From positions 951,723 to 1,015,722 of the forward strand of contig CAZQUL010000001.1 in the NCBI GenBank assembly GCA_964596525.1: a stretch of DNA of 64,000 nt, given 5' to 3'. Numbering within the stretch: the stretch's first letter is position 1; every line of letters begins with the position of its first letter. Shown piece after piece: positions 28,080 to 39,659 of the stretch. The notes under the pieces are model-generated. The model saw nothing but the letters and a program-made list of their open reading frames with translations. It ran no database searches and was not told the DNA's origin. The position numbers and the translations under genes were made by a program. Source of the DNA: an uncultured Gammaproteobacteria bacterium. GTDB lineage: Bacteria; Patescibacteriota; Patescibacteriia; Magasanikbacterales; GWA2-37-8.

Positions 28080-29507
28080 TTACCCTACTGCACCCTCCAT
28101 TTCGAGTTCGATGAGTTTGTTGAGTTCGAGCGCGTATTCAACCGGAAGTGATTTGACGATAGGGGAGATGAAACCAGAAACAACTAATTTGATGGCTTCG
28201 GCCTCGGAAAATCCGCGCGACTGAAGGTAGAAGATCTCCTCTTCGCCGATTTTGCCGACACGGGCTTCGTGTGCGACGTTGACCTGATCGTTTTTTATTT
28301 TGAGTTCGGGGATGGTATTGGCTATGGCGCGCGAACCGACAAGGAGTGCATCACAGACCATGGAAGCGCTCGTGCCGCTCGCTCTCGGCGTAACATGGAT
28401 AAGACCGCGGAAGGTGTTGGTGCCACCGTTAACGGAGATTGATTTGGAAACGATGGTTGAACTGGTGTTAGGGGCGGCATGGATGGCTTTGGCGCCCGTA
28501 TCCTGGTTTTGGCCAGGTCCGGCAAACGCGATGCCGAGGCTTTCGGAGTGTGCACCCGCCCCACGCAGAATAGAAGATGGGTAGAGCATGGTAACGCCGC
28601 TACCCATGTTACCATTAACCCATTCGATAGTGGCGTTTTCATCGACGAGGGCGCGTTTGGTGTTGAGGTTGTAGGTATTTTTTGACCAGTTTTCGATGGA
28701 TGAGTACCGTACGTGCGCATTTTTATGCACGAAAATTTCGACACAGCCGGCGTGCAGTGCGTTTTGGTTGTAACGGGGCGCGGAGCAGCCTTCGATGTAA
28801 TGGAGGCGCGATCCTTCGTCCGCGATGATGAGGGTATGCTCAAACTGCCCAGCTCCGGCGGTATTCATCCGGAAATAAGCCTGCAGTGGCAGGTCGATCG
28901 TAACGTTTTTGGGTACGTAGATGAAGGTACCGCCGCTCCAGACCGCGGCGTGCAGCATGACGAATTTGTGATCATTAATGGGTACGCACTGCGTCATGAA
29001 ATATTTTTTGACGAGGTCGGGATATTTTTGCAGTGCCACATCCATGTTTTCAAAAATGACCCCTTTTTCTTCCCATTCTTTTTTGAGGTTGTGGTAGACG
29101 ATGTCCGAGTCGTATTGCGCGCCAACACCGGAGAGAACATTTTTTTCGGCTTCCGGAATGCCGAGTTTGTCGAATGTTTGGCGTATTTCGGCGGGGACTT
29201 GGTTCCAGTCCGTAACTTCAGCGGCATCAGGACGAACGAAGTAGGTGATAGCACCGAGATCAAGCTGTGACAAATCCGCGCCCCAGGTGGGCAGAGGCTT
29301 ATTAAGGTAGAGTGCGAAGGCTTTAAGGCGCTTGTCGAGCATCCAGGCCGGTTCGTTTTTTTGCGCCGAAATTTCCCGGACGATTTCTTCGGTTAAGCCT
29401 GGGCGGCTCCGGTAGCGGATGCGTTCGGGGTCAGCATCGTCATAGGTGGAGCGGTCTGGCTCGAATGACGTAGCGGGATTTTTTTTATTGCTTTTTAACG
29501 GTTTCAT
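28080..29507 (-). CDS. sufB: Fe-S cluster assembly protein SufB
   Basis: LGIPEAE, AQYDS, AVWSGGTFIYVPK, GQFEHTLII, HYIEGC and HEARVGKI motifs. Confidence 0.95.
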   Translation of the reverse strand: MKPLKSNKKNPATSFEPDRSTYDDADPERIRYRSRPGLTEEIVREISAQKNEPAWMLDKRLKAFALYLNKPLPTWGADLSQLDLGAITYFVRPDAAEVTDWNQVPAEIRQTFDKLGIPEAEKNVLSGVGAQYDSDIVYHNLKKEWEEKGVIFENMDVALQKYPDLVKKYFMTQCVPINDHKFVMLHAAVWSGGTFIYVPKNVTIDLPLQAYFRMNTAGAGQFEHTLIIADEGSRLHYIEGCSAPRYNQNALHAGCVEIFVHKNAHVRYSSIENWSKNTYNLNTKRALVDENATIEWVNGNMGSGVTMLYPSSILRGAGAHSESLGIAFAGPGQNQDTGAKAIHAAPNTSSTIVSKSISVNGGTNTFRGLIHVTPRASGTSASMVCDALLVGSRAIANTIPELKIKNDQVNVAHEARVGKIGEEEIFYLQSRGFSEAEAIKLVVSGFISPIVKSLPVEYALELNKLIELEMEGAVG

Positions 29508-29674
29508 CGTAATTTTTCTTATGAAGAAGTTATCGTACCACGGGATGAGTTAATTCTCAAGAGTAAAAGAATGGCAATGCTTGTTGTATGTGGTCCACGC
29601 TATGCTTGTATTCTTGCTGCCCTAGTGATATCACACCTACGCAGGGTTTCCCTGGAAAAAAACGGAGGTGCTCT

Positions 29675-30106
29675 ATGAAGCGTTCATTGTGCGTAGGGGG
29701 GTTGGTCGGTGCGTGCCTTGTATTCGCTGGGCAAGCTAAGGTTCTGGCGCAGTGCGTTAAGCTGCCGCCCGTTCCGATTCGTGAAGAAACGATCTGTACA
29801 CCCGAGCTTAAGGAGAAGCTTGCTATGGAAGCAAGTGTTACGGTTTCGTATAGCTGCTCTTCCCCTACGTATTTCAGCCGCGCTGAGGTGGTGCCGGTCC
29901 GTTGCGATGGGCGCGCCAATGAGAATCGTGTTGTTGTGTATTGCCAGGGTGGAGGAGCGAAGGGCGATGTGCGCACTGCCGAGCTCGAGCTTAAAGACGG
30001 GCATTATCAATGCCATACAGTGAGCGAGAATCGGGCGACGTTTACCGTTTACTACCTGAGTGTCCGACAGCCCTCCCTTCCCAAAGCCGCGCCGCCCAGC
30101 AACTGA
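29675..30106 (+). CDS. Small secreted Cys-rich protein
   Basis: GGAGGTG SD before ATG 29675, signal peptide, several Cys. Confidence 0.65.
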   Translation: MKRSLCVGGLVGACLVFAGQAKVLAQCVKLPPVPIREETICTPELKEKLAMEASVTVSYSCSSPTYFSRAEVVPVRCDGRANENRVVVYCQGGGAKGDVRTAELELKDGHYQCHTVSENRATFTVYYLSVRQPSLPKAAPPSN

Positions 30107-30198
30107 TCTTTTTTCCAGACAAGCGGTCATGATGGCCGCTTTTATTGATTTTTTACAGAGCATGTGGTAGGGTGCGGGCACTATCCACGAGGAGGGGC

Positions 30199-30432
30199 AT
30201 GGTGCGTGGCACGTTCTTTTTGGTAGTCTTGGCAACAATAGGTTTTATGGTGTGGGGAGGCGCGCGAGATGATCAGTCGCTTGTCTGTGCTCTGCTTATA
30301 CCTTGTCCTGGTGAGGTGTTTATAGGCACGTGGTCTGATTTTCTCGTCGAGATGTGCTGGTGGGTATTAATGCCTATCGTGCCGCTTGTTGTGGTAGGAA
30401 TTCTCTGTCTTCGATGTCGTCCCGCCCGGTGA
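30199..30432 (+). CDS. Small two-TM hypothetical protein
   Basis: GAGGAGG SD, promoter TTGATT-N17-TAGGGT, terminator CCCGCC..GGCGGG-TTTTT. Confidence 0.5.
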   Translation: MVRGTFFLVVLATIGFMVWGGARDDQSLVCALLIPCPGEVFIGTWSDFLVEMCWWVLMPIVPLVVVGILCLRCRPAR

Positions 30433-30503
30433 GGCGGGTTTTTCATTTAGCGTGAGGCATGATATGGTAAGGGCATCTTACGCGTTACCTATTTAGTTTG
30501 ATT

Positions 30504-31199
30504 ATGGGAGAAAAAACGTTTTATACCTCGCCGGTCACTTCGATAACGATGCTTACCGCTGACATGATGGAGCTGCGACTTGCCAAGCCTGAAGGATTTA
30601 TGTTCAAACCCGGCCAGTTCATCCAGCTCGAAATTCCGGAATTGCCGGGGCAGGTGGTTTTGCGCAGTTATTCTCTGGCCTCGCATCCGACTGACCAGGA
30701 GATCGCTCTATGCATAAAAATTATCCCAGGCGGAAAAGGATCGACGTTTGCGAGCGGACTTACGCCGGGTGTGCCAGTAATTTTCCGTGGTCCGGAAGGT
30801 CGCTTTGTCGTTTCGCCGGAACATCATGCGGTTAAGACGTTCGTAGCTACCGGTGCCGGCGTGGCGCCGATCATGAGCATGATTCGTGATGAAATATACA
30901 AAGAGAGTAATGAGCGCATCCGGCTTTTATTCGGGTTGCGCTATGAGCAGGATATTTTTTGGCGTGAACAGCTAGAAGACCTGGCGTCGCGTTCGTCGAA
31001 GTTCTCCTTTTCTATCACGTTATCGCAGCCAGGCACGGCCTGGAGCGGATTGCGCGGGCGTGTTACCGATCATATTCGCGAATTCGACATAACAGGTGAC
31101 TGGTATCTCTGCGGCAGTCTGCCGATGGTCAAAGACGTGCGTGCGTTTCTTGCGACGGCGCAGGTATCTACCAAGCAGATTCACTTTGAAATTTTTTAA
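30504..31199 (+). CDS. FAD/NAD(P)-binding ferredoxin-reductase-type oxidoreductase
   Basis: FKPGQF, RSYSLAS, GKGS, GPEG, ATGAGVAP, YLCG and FEIF motifs. Confidence 0.9.
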   Translation: MGEKTFYTSPVTSITMLTADMMELRLAKPEGFMFKPGQFIQLEIPELPGQVVLRSYSLASHPTDQEIALCIKIIPGGKGSTFASGLTPGVPVIFRGPEGRFVVSPEHHAVKTFVATGAGVAPIMSMIRDEIYKESNERIRLLFGLRYEQDIFWREQLEDLASRSSKFSFSITLSQPGTAWSGLRGRVTDHIREFDITGDWYLCGSLPMVKDVRAFLATAQVSTKQIHFEIF

Positions 31200-31232
31200 A
31201 GTTCTTCTTCGTGGTAGAATATTCTTACATCT

Positions 31233-31436
31233 ATGTTCAAAGAAAGGCCGTCTAACGCTTCCGAAGTAGGAGGAAAGCTTTCTCCTGTTAAAAAAGAATC
31301 TGAAGGCGATGAGGATGCGGGTATTGAAGCTATGCTTGAAGCGCTTAAGGAGAATCCCGGACTGAAGCGTAATCCGGAAGTTGATAAAACTGGAAAACGA
31401 CTCGACGACCCCAAGCCAAGCCGTTCCCGCTCCTAA
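31233..31436 (+). CDS. Small hypothetical protein
   Basis: 67-aa charged ORF between the oxidoreductase and a hairpin. Confidence 0.4.
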   Translation: MFKERPSNASEVGGKLSPVKKESEGDEDAGIEAMLEALKENPGLKRNPEVDKTGKRLDDPKPSRSRS

Positions 31437-31560
31437 AAAAGTATATTATTCAAAAAACGAGAGTGTGAAATGCTCTCGTTTTCGTTTTTTAAAACTTGAC
31501 ATGCGGCAGGGGGTTTGTTTAACGTAGACGACGAATCCCTTAGGGGAAGGAGTGAACGAC

Positions 31561-32697
31561 ATGATTACCGACTTCAGCGCCCCCGAAGCAGAAACTCCGA
31601 TTCGTTGTCCGATGAGCCGCGAAGAGCTTGATGGCAAGCTGATGCATGCCATCGCCGACACCGTTGCCTTTTATGCCAGCGAAGGTGTGTCGCTTGACAT
31701 GCCGGCGTGCGCCGCCCTCTTTACGATGCGGCAGGCGATGTTGGCTCGGTTCGGCGCCCACTGCGAGTTGCCAAACAATAAGAACTTGAGAAATGTATTG
31801 AGTGACCGCGGATTCAAGATTTTTTTCGTGGCCGCGTCTGAGGTCTCTCGGTTGGAGGATGCCTCTCCCGAGGCGGCGGACAATGCTCAAGTATCAGCTG
31901 CGTCACTGCCAGCTGGGCAAGAAGAGGAAAAAGGCGCTGTTCAGGTTGTTGGTGGAGAAGAGGGAACTTCTTCTTGCCTGCCTCAACCCTCCGCGCTGGC
32001 TCATAAAGAAAGGGTTGTTGCTGCAGCCGAAGCCGGTGGTGGGCGAGCTGCTGAGGAAAAAAAGGAGGGTGCTGCGCTTTTTGCCCCCTCGGCACTATCG
32101 ACTCCCGATATCCTGACCGCTCAAGAATCAATCGGACAGACCGCCGAGATGAAGGTGGAAAAAGATCGTCATGCTTCTCCAGAAGCAGATACTCCAAGCG
32201 TTCAAGGCGCGTTCGTCGATGAAGTGGATCTGGACGATCCGCAGTCGCTGCACAACTACCTGCACAAACACAATGTGTGGCTCGGCGAAACCGTCGAAGA
32301 TACGGTTGGGGAGTTGGTGCGCAAAAGTTTGCACCAGCTCAAGCGTATGGAGCGCTGGCATATCGATCGGCTCATCGCGCTTGGTATTGCCACCTACTTT
32401 GACGAGCAGTATGCGCGCGTCTTGGATCTTATCCGCATCGAAGGGCATAAGCGCGGCTTAGCGGTGCGTCCGTATAACAGGTATACGCCTGCCGAGCGTA
32501 GGTGGATCTGCAACCCCAAAACGCCAGTCAAAGCCGTGGTAGGCCGTTATGGCCTCCTTGAGAAAACGGTAGAGAGTTACCGTAAACAGTTCGCCGCACA
32601 TGGCGACATGTATTATTCCATCAATAAAAGCCGTATCGAGCGCGGTCTGAATCCGGTTCGAACCCGTCGGCACCGTAAAACACGGGCAAAAGTATAA
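31561..32697 (+). CDS. Hypothetical protein with low-complexity linker
   Basis: AAGGAG SD, TTGACA at 31496, long ORF. Confidence 0.6.
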   Translation: MITDFSAPEAETPIRCPMSREELDGKLMHAIADTVAFYASEGVSLDMPACAALFTMRQAMLARFGAHCELPNNKNLRNVLSDRGFKIFFVAASEVSRLEDASPEAADNAQVSAASLPAGQEEEKGAVQVVGGEEGTSSCLPQPSALAHKERVVAAAEAGGGRAAEEKKEGAALFAPSALSTPDILTAQESIGQTAEMKVEKDRHASPEADTPSVQGAFVDEVDLDDPQSLHNYLHKHNVWLGETVEDTVGELVRKSLHQLKRMERWHIDRLIALGIATYFDEQYARVLDLIRIEGHKRGLAVRPYNRYTPAERRWICNPKTPVKAVVGRYGLLEKTVESYRKQFAAHGDMYYSINKSRIERGLNPVRTRRHRKTRAKV

Positions 32698-32852
32698 GTC
32701 TACGCCATCCGTAAGCTGAAATCGTGAGAAACCGCGAAAGTAAGCTTTTTTTTGTTGGGAAGGTTTATTTTATTTACGCACTTGCTTTTTTAGCGGCTTT
32801 CTGTTATAGTAGACCGTGCTTTCTGCATATTTGGCAGTTTTTTTATTATCGT

Positions 32853-34661
<1,809 letters not shown>

Positions 34662-34742
34662 TATCCTGCGCGTCGCGGAAGTGGTTTTGTCGCTACTTCC
34701 GCGACGCGCACAAGCCGCGTACGTGAAAAAGGAGAAGTGGAG

Positions 34743-35255
34743 ATGAGAAACGTAATCGGAGCTTTTATTCTGGCTGTGGCTATCGGCGGTTGCGCAAAGC
34801 ATGCGCAGCGGGATGATGACTATACTCCGCCGCCGGATGATGTTGCTGCTGGACTTCCGTCTTTGCGCTCGAGCCAGGATCTTGCAATCATGCGCGCTTC
34901 GGTTAAGATCGAGCGCGACAAGCTTGAGTTGGAATGCGCGGAGCTTCTGAACACTGTCGAACCGCCGCAAGCTGTGGCAACTTCGGTTTTGCTTATCAAG
35001 TCCGAGGTCCAGCTTATGGGGCGGTCAAATTTCATTCGGGTTTTGCTCCTCGCCCAGTTCGATCTCGAGCACAAGGCGATGGTCAAGATGGGTAGCCTTG
35101 AAGCAGACTCAAGTAGGATGGCTGCCGACTTTCTTGATACGTATATCGACAGCTATCTTTACGGTGGTGCCGATTTCAGTGATCGTCTCGCGCAAACCCC
35201 CCGTCAACAAGTCCTGAAGCTCTGCTCGAGCCTCGTGCTTGCCGGAGCTCGGTAG
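34743..35255 (+). CDS. Hypothetical lipoprotein
   Basis: Lipobox IGG-C, AAGGAG/GGAG SD. Confidence 0.65.
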   Translation: MRNVIGAFILAVAIGGCAKHAQRDDDYTPPPDDVAAGLPSLRSSQDLAIMRASVKIERDKLELECAELLNTVEPPQAVATSVLLIKSEVQLMGRSNFIRVLLLAQFDLEHKAMVKMGSLEADSSRMAADFLDTYIDSYLYGGADFSDRLAQTPRQQVLKLCSSLVLAGAR

Positions 35256-35360
35256 TCATTCTTTTTAAAGCTGGCCCTTGGCCAGCTTTATGTTTTTTGT
35301 CCACTCCGTTATTGACTTTACCTCAAAAAAAGCCTAGAACACCTCCGAAAGGAGGGTCAC

Positions 35361-35612
35361 GTGTCCGCACGCGGAAATCCCATAGTTGTGGCGCTTTTGA
35401 AACGCCATGGCCGGACCACGACAGTGATGAAAAGCCGTAATGAGCGGCGCTCCGGCAACGTTTCGTATTATGAAACCGAAGATGGTGACGAGGAGGGAAC
35501 TATGAAGTTCTTTTTTGATGAGAACCAGGAGGAGAGTCATGAACAATCGGCGACCGCGCGTCGTAAAGGCCGCCCCACTCAGAAGGTATGGGCGGTTTTA
35601 TTATGTATTTAA
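35361..35612 (+). CDS. Small hypothetical protein
   Basis: AAAGGAGG SD before GTG, promoter TTGACT-N17-TAGAAC. Confidence 0.5.
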   Translation: MSARGNPIVVALLKRHGRTTTVMKSRNERRSGNVSYYETEDGDEEGTMKFFFDENQEESHEQSATARRKGRPTQKVWAVLLCI

Positions 35613-35621
35613 TTTTCATCT

Positions 35622-36185
35622 ATGACGACGTTTCAAAAACGGCCTTTGGCTTACATTGAGAGTCTGGCTATTAAGCTTACATACCACATTGGTACGCCGC
35701 TTTCGGTTGCTCTCCACACCTTAGTATTCGTGGCTATTTTTTCACTGTATTTTATCGGTGTCGAAATGGAACATATTCTCCTTGTCCTTACGACCGCAGT
35801 ATCGCTTGAGGCGATTTATTTATCGATTTTCATTCAGATGAGCATTAATCGTACGACCGAGAGTCTCGAAGTGGTGCATGAAAACGTCGACGAGATTGCT
35901 AAAGACGTTGATGAGATACAGGAAGATGTGGAAGATCTGGAAGGAAATGTAGTGGAAATATCGAAAGATATCGATGTGATTCAAGAGAATGTTGAAGGTA
36001 TTGGCGATGAGGTTGAAGAGATTTCAAAAGATATCGACGAAATTCAAGGTACAGACGAAAAAGCCGATCCGACGCTCGCCATGCTTAAAACCGTGGATGC
36101 CGAACTGCGTAAAATTTCACGTGAAGTTGAAATCCTCCGCTCGCTCAGATTGGCTGAGACGAAAAATTCTTTAAGTGCCAAGTAA
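35622..36185 (+). CDS. DUF1003-like membrane protein with acidic heptad repeats
   Basis: LTTAVSLEAIYLSIFIQM followed by repeated DVDEIQE/DIDEIQ heptads. Confidence 0.75.
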   Translation: MTTFQKRPLAYIESLAIKLTYHIGTPLSVALHTLVFVAIFSLYFIGVEMEHILLVLTTAVSLEAIYLSIFIQMSINRTTESLEVVHENVDEIAKDVDEIQEDVEDLEGNVVEISKDIDVIQENVEGIGDEVEEISKDIDEIQGTDEKADPTLAMLKTVDAELRKISREVEILRSLRLAETKNSLSAK

Positions 36186-37652
36186 TGGTTCTGTTTGGGA
36201 TTTTTTTCGTAGTGCCAGAACGAGAATGAGCATAACAAGCGCCAGGCCAATTCCGTGAAAGAAGATCGGCGACGTAAGATTTTCTACCCCGAGTGCGCCG
36301 AGCATAGCAAAAAGATGGCTGGCAGTCTCAGATGCAAGGCGGCGTGCCGTAGTAATAACTGCAAAAACGAGAAGTGCTACCCACCCCACGCTGCCGAAAA
36401 ATCCGAATTCGGCAAGTATTTCTAAATACCCCCAGTCAAAATGACTAGTGGTTACTGTTGTTTTGACCACTGGGCTGTACACGGTGAGTTCGTCGCCCAG
36501 GCCTTCGCCCAAAAGCGGACGGTTTTTTATTTTTTCGGTTATTTTTGGCAAGAGCAGGAGGCGGCTCAAAGAACTTTCTTCAATGCTCGGCGCGGCGATG
36601 CTGCCAAGACGCACGCCGAAAAGTTCCCACCCCACACTCTCTCCGCGGCTTGCAGAAAGATGGATAACGCTAAAGAGCGTGATGAGCGTAGCGATGCTGC
36701 AAAGAGAGATGAGTATCCAGCGGCGGAAATGTTTTTTACTGAACAGTAGAAAGAGTATTACGATAAACGCAAGAAGGTAGATGCGAGTGAGATTGAGGGA
36801 AAGTATGAGAAGAAGGGAGAAAATGATTGCGTACGTACTATGCGGCACCTCGTGTGTAGAGTGCAGAGTGATGGTTGGAGATGAAAGCGACTTGTTTGTT
36901 TCAGTGGCTGTAGCTTTCTTAAAGTTCACCAGTCGATACGTAAAAAAACCAAGTAGGGGGACGAGCGCGAGATGTTCGTTGAGAACAATGCGGAAAAAAT
37001 GGTTGTGTAGATCCGTTATTTTCCCTCCAGCTACGTCGCGGAACCATTTATAATATGATTCATGAATATGCGTAAGATGCGTTGAAAAAGCGATGAAAGT
37101 GCCAAGGGTAAAAATGGCGTTACCGATGATGGCTACGCCAAGCATGGTAAGACATGCTGCAACAAACTTTTTTTCTTCTGCCAAGCTAAAAAGAGGAATA
37201 GCGTATAAAAGACTGAGGTAGGGGATGCAATCGGCGATAATGAGTGGTAGCGAGTTGCCAAGGTACCAGCCGCGTACCCCAGCTATGGCTGCGCATAAGG
37301 CCAGCATGCCTGCGAGAAGAATAAAAAAACGCTGCTCCTGCCATATTCTTTTTATAACTGGAAAGTTCCGTGCGATGTAAAGGGGAACTGTAGTAGCTAC
37401 GAGACATGTGCGGAGTGCGAGGGGGCCTAGAGCGAGGAAATTACCAGCTCCGCCCAAAATGAATTCGCCGGCGACGATGAGCCAGCCGCGGTCATCGCGG
37501 CGGTATATGCAGTAGAGGCTCGCGGCAAGGATGGCTGCACTGACGAGAGTATTTGCTAGGCTTTGTTCTGGGCGGAAGTAGAAGGAGAAGCTACGGATAA
37601 GCGCGTATAAGGCGAAATAAAACGCTGTTTCTTTCAGTCTTGACGTAAGCAT
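36171..37652 (-). CDS. O-antigen ligase/polymerase-like multi-TM protein
   Basis: Many TM segments, R..L.....PLLGEGLG and HxxYLEILAEFGFFG motifs. Confidence 0.75.
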   Translation of the reverse strand: MLTSRLKETAFYFALYALIRSFSFYFRPEQSLANTLVSAAILAASLYCIYRRDDRGWLIVAGEFILGGAGNFLALGPLALRTCLVATTVPLYIARNFPVIKRIWQEQRFFILLAGMLALCAAIAGVRGWYLGNSLPLIIADCIPYLSLLYAIPLFSLAEEKKFVAACLTMLGVAIIGNAIFTLGTFIAFSTHLTHIHESYYKWFRDVAGGKITDLHNHFFRIVLNEHLALVPLLGFFTYRLVNFKKATATETNKSLSSPTITLHSTHEVPHSTYAIIFSLLLILSLNLTRIYLLAFIVILFLLFSKKHFRRWILISLCSIATLITLFSVIHLSASRGESVGWELFGVRLGSIAAPSIEESSLSRLLLLPKITEKIKNRPLLGEGLGDELTVYSPVVKTTVTTSHFDWGYLEILAEFGFFGSVGWVALLVFAVITTARRLASETASHLFAMLGALGVENLTSPIFFHGIGLALVMLILVLALRKKSQTEPLLGT

Positions 37653-37737
37653 AGGCTTTCTGGTATATTCGAGCGTCAGATACGAAGCATACCTGCGCTC
37701 TTTGAGGTAAAACGACCAGTTGCGGAAGGAGCTGGCA

Positions 37738-38154
37738 ATGAAAGACATGATCTACTTTCGTAAGTGCCTGCGCGTCAGCCGAGCAGTTGTCTGGTATATC
37801 CGCGTGCGTGACGCGCGCGACTTTCTCGTCCGTACCAAGGAAGAAGCGCTCTACATGTTCGCTTTTCTCGTTTTTTTGACGAGCAGTTTATTTGCAATGC
37901 TTGCTGTGCTTTTCTCCACACTGGCCGGATTCTTAACCGTAACCGTGGGTTTCTCTACCCTCATCGTTTTTCTCCTCTCGTTCACGGGCACCTTTCTTTT
38001 CACCTGTTTGGGAAGCGTGCATATCTTGGATATCTTGGTGGAGCGGCTCTGGGAGCGGATCGAAGAGATTGACCTCGAAGGGAGAGTGCGCTTTCTTACG
38101 GCGATTGAGTTGGAGAAGATCCGCTGGATGGACGATAAAAAAGAAGATTTCTAG
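37738..38154 (+). CDS. Hypothetical two-TM protein
   Basis: AAGGAG SD, promoter TTGACG-N18-TATATT, GCTCTTTGAG in the leader. Confidence 0.6.
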   Translation: MKDMIYFRKCLRVSRAVVWYIRVRDARDFLVRTKEEALYMFAFLVFLTSSLFAMLAVLFSTLAGFLTVTVGFSTLIVFLLSFTGTFLFTCLGSVHILDILVERLWERIEEIDLEGRVRFLTAIELEKIRWMDDKKEDF

Positions 38155-38213
38155 CCTTGTTCTCTCAGCGCTGAGACCTGGATGCCCGCGGGCTTCGGGT
38201 CTTTTTAATTACC

Positions 38214-39167
38214 TTAACACACGATCGCCTTGGTGCCCAAAAAACTACCGTTAAGTTCAGCGTGTCCGTTCATGAATTCTCGCGCGCTTAACTCGCGGTT
38301 GCCTTCTGGTTGGATGCGGAGTACTTCGAGCGCGTGCGAGCCGGTGCCAACAAAGAATTTTCCATCTTGATAAAGTACCTGACCAGGGTTCAGAGTGATC
38401 GCGGGAGAGGGTTTAAGATCGGTTATTTTCACCGTTCGGTTGTGGACCGTGGTGAAGAGCCCAGGCCAGACAAGGTAAGCGCGGTATTGGTTATAAATGG
38501 TCTCCGCGCTATCACAAAAGTTGATACGGCCATCTTCTTTGCCGATGAGTTCGCAGAATGTTGCTTCGTCGTCGTTTTGCGGCTGGGGCGTTATTTTTCC
38601 GTCGGCCCAAGCATCGAGCGTGGTAACGAGAAGCCGCTCGGCGATGGCGGATAATTTTTCGCGCAGCGTTACAAACGTATCTTCCCGGTGTATAAAAATC
38701 TGTTCCTGCGCCAAAAGCGGCCCGTGGTCGAGTTCGGTGTCGAGAATCATGATAGATACGCCGGTTTCGTTATCGCCGAAACGTAGAGCAGTTTGGATGG
38801 GGGACGCGCCGCGATAGCGAGGGAGGAGTGACGGGTGTACGTTGATAGTTTTAAGGCGCGGTTTGTCGAGCATGTCATCGGGGATAAGGCGGCCGTATTC
38901 GCAAACGACGTATACATCTGCCGCAGGAAGATCGGTCTCTAGGTTTACCTTCTTGAGCGTTGTGGGCTGGAAAACCGGAATGGAACGTTTGAGCGCCCAT
39001 TCTTTGGCTTTGGGGGGAGTAAGTACGTGGCCGCGGCCAGCTGGTTTGTCGGCGCGCGTAACCACACCTACCACTTCGGCGCGCAGGTGTTTGTATAAGG
39101 CGTCCAAAAGAGTGACTGCAAAAACGTCGCTGCCAAAAAAGAGCACGCGATACCGTGATCCGCTCAT
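38214..39167 (-). CDS. fmt: Methionyl-tRNA formyltransferase
   Basis: DKPAGRG, INVHPSLLPRYRGASPIQ and LDHGP motifs. Confidence 0.95.
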   Translation of the reverse strand: MSGSRYRVLFFGSDVFAVTLLDALYKHLRAEVVGVVTRADKPAGRGHVLTPPKAKEWALKRSIPVFQPTTLKKVNLETDLPAADVYVVCEYGRLIPDDMLDKPRLKTINVHPSLLPRYRGASPIQTALRFGDNETGVSIMILDTELDHGPLLAQEQIFIHREDTFVTLREKLSAIAERLLVTTLDAWADGKITPQPQNDDEATFCELIGKEDGRINFCDSAETIYNQYRAYLVWPGLFTTVHNRTVKITDLKPSPAITLNPGQVLYQDGKFFVGTGSHALEVLRIQPEGNRELSAREFMNGHAELNGSFLGTKAIVC

Positions 39168-39170
39168 AGG

Positions 39171-39659
39171 TTACAGGAGGTATTTTGATGTATGAAGGTC
39201 GCGCGCTTTTTCGGCAAAGAGAATGCCGTTGAGATGATCCACCTCGTGCTGGATGACGCGCGCGAAGAAATCTTTAGCTTCGAAGGATAGTTTCTCACCG
39301 CGGCCGTTCCATGCTTCTACTTTAATGCGCGTGAAGCGTTCTACCTGACCAAAGAGGCCGGGGAGGGATAAGCATCCTTCTTCATCCCAGGCTTTCTTGG
39401 CCGAGAGCTTGGTCCAGGTGGGATTGATGAGGCAGAGATCTTCTTTTTTATCGGCGGTAAAATCGCGGGCAATGACGCAGAGCTGTACGGAGCGTCCAAC
39501 TTGCGGCGCGGCGAGCCCGACACCGTCTTTTTTGTACATGGTTTCCACCATGTCGCGGATGAATTCCTGCATTTCGGGCGTCGTAATGGTCGCCGGATCA
39601 ATATCGGCGCTTTTTTGGTGAAGGATAGGATTGGGGTCGAAGACGATGGGGAAAATCAT
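39171..39659 (-). CDS. def: Peptide deformylase
   Basis: GVGLAAPQ, EGCLS and QHEVDHL motifs. Confidence 0.97.
   Translation of the reverse strand: MIFPIVFDPNPILHQKSADIDPATITTPEMQEFIRDMVETMYKKDGVGLAAPQVGRSVQLCVIARDFTADKKEDLCLINPTWTKLSAKKAWDEEGCLSLPGLFGQVERFTRIKVEAWNGRGEKLSFEAKDFFARVIQHEVDHLNGILFAEKARDLHTSKYLL

Noticed and set aside
35860-36060. DNA tandem repeat in the DUF1003-like gene
   Set aside because: This is degenerate heptad coiled-coil coding, not a nucleotide-level repeat element.
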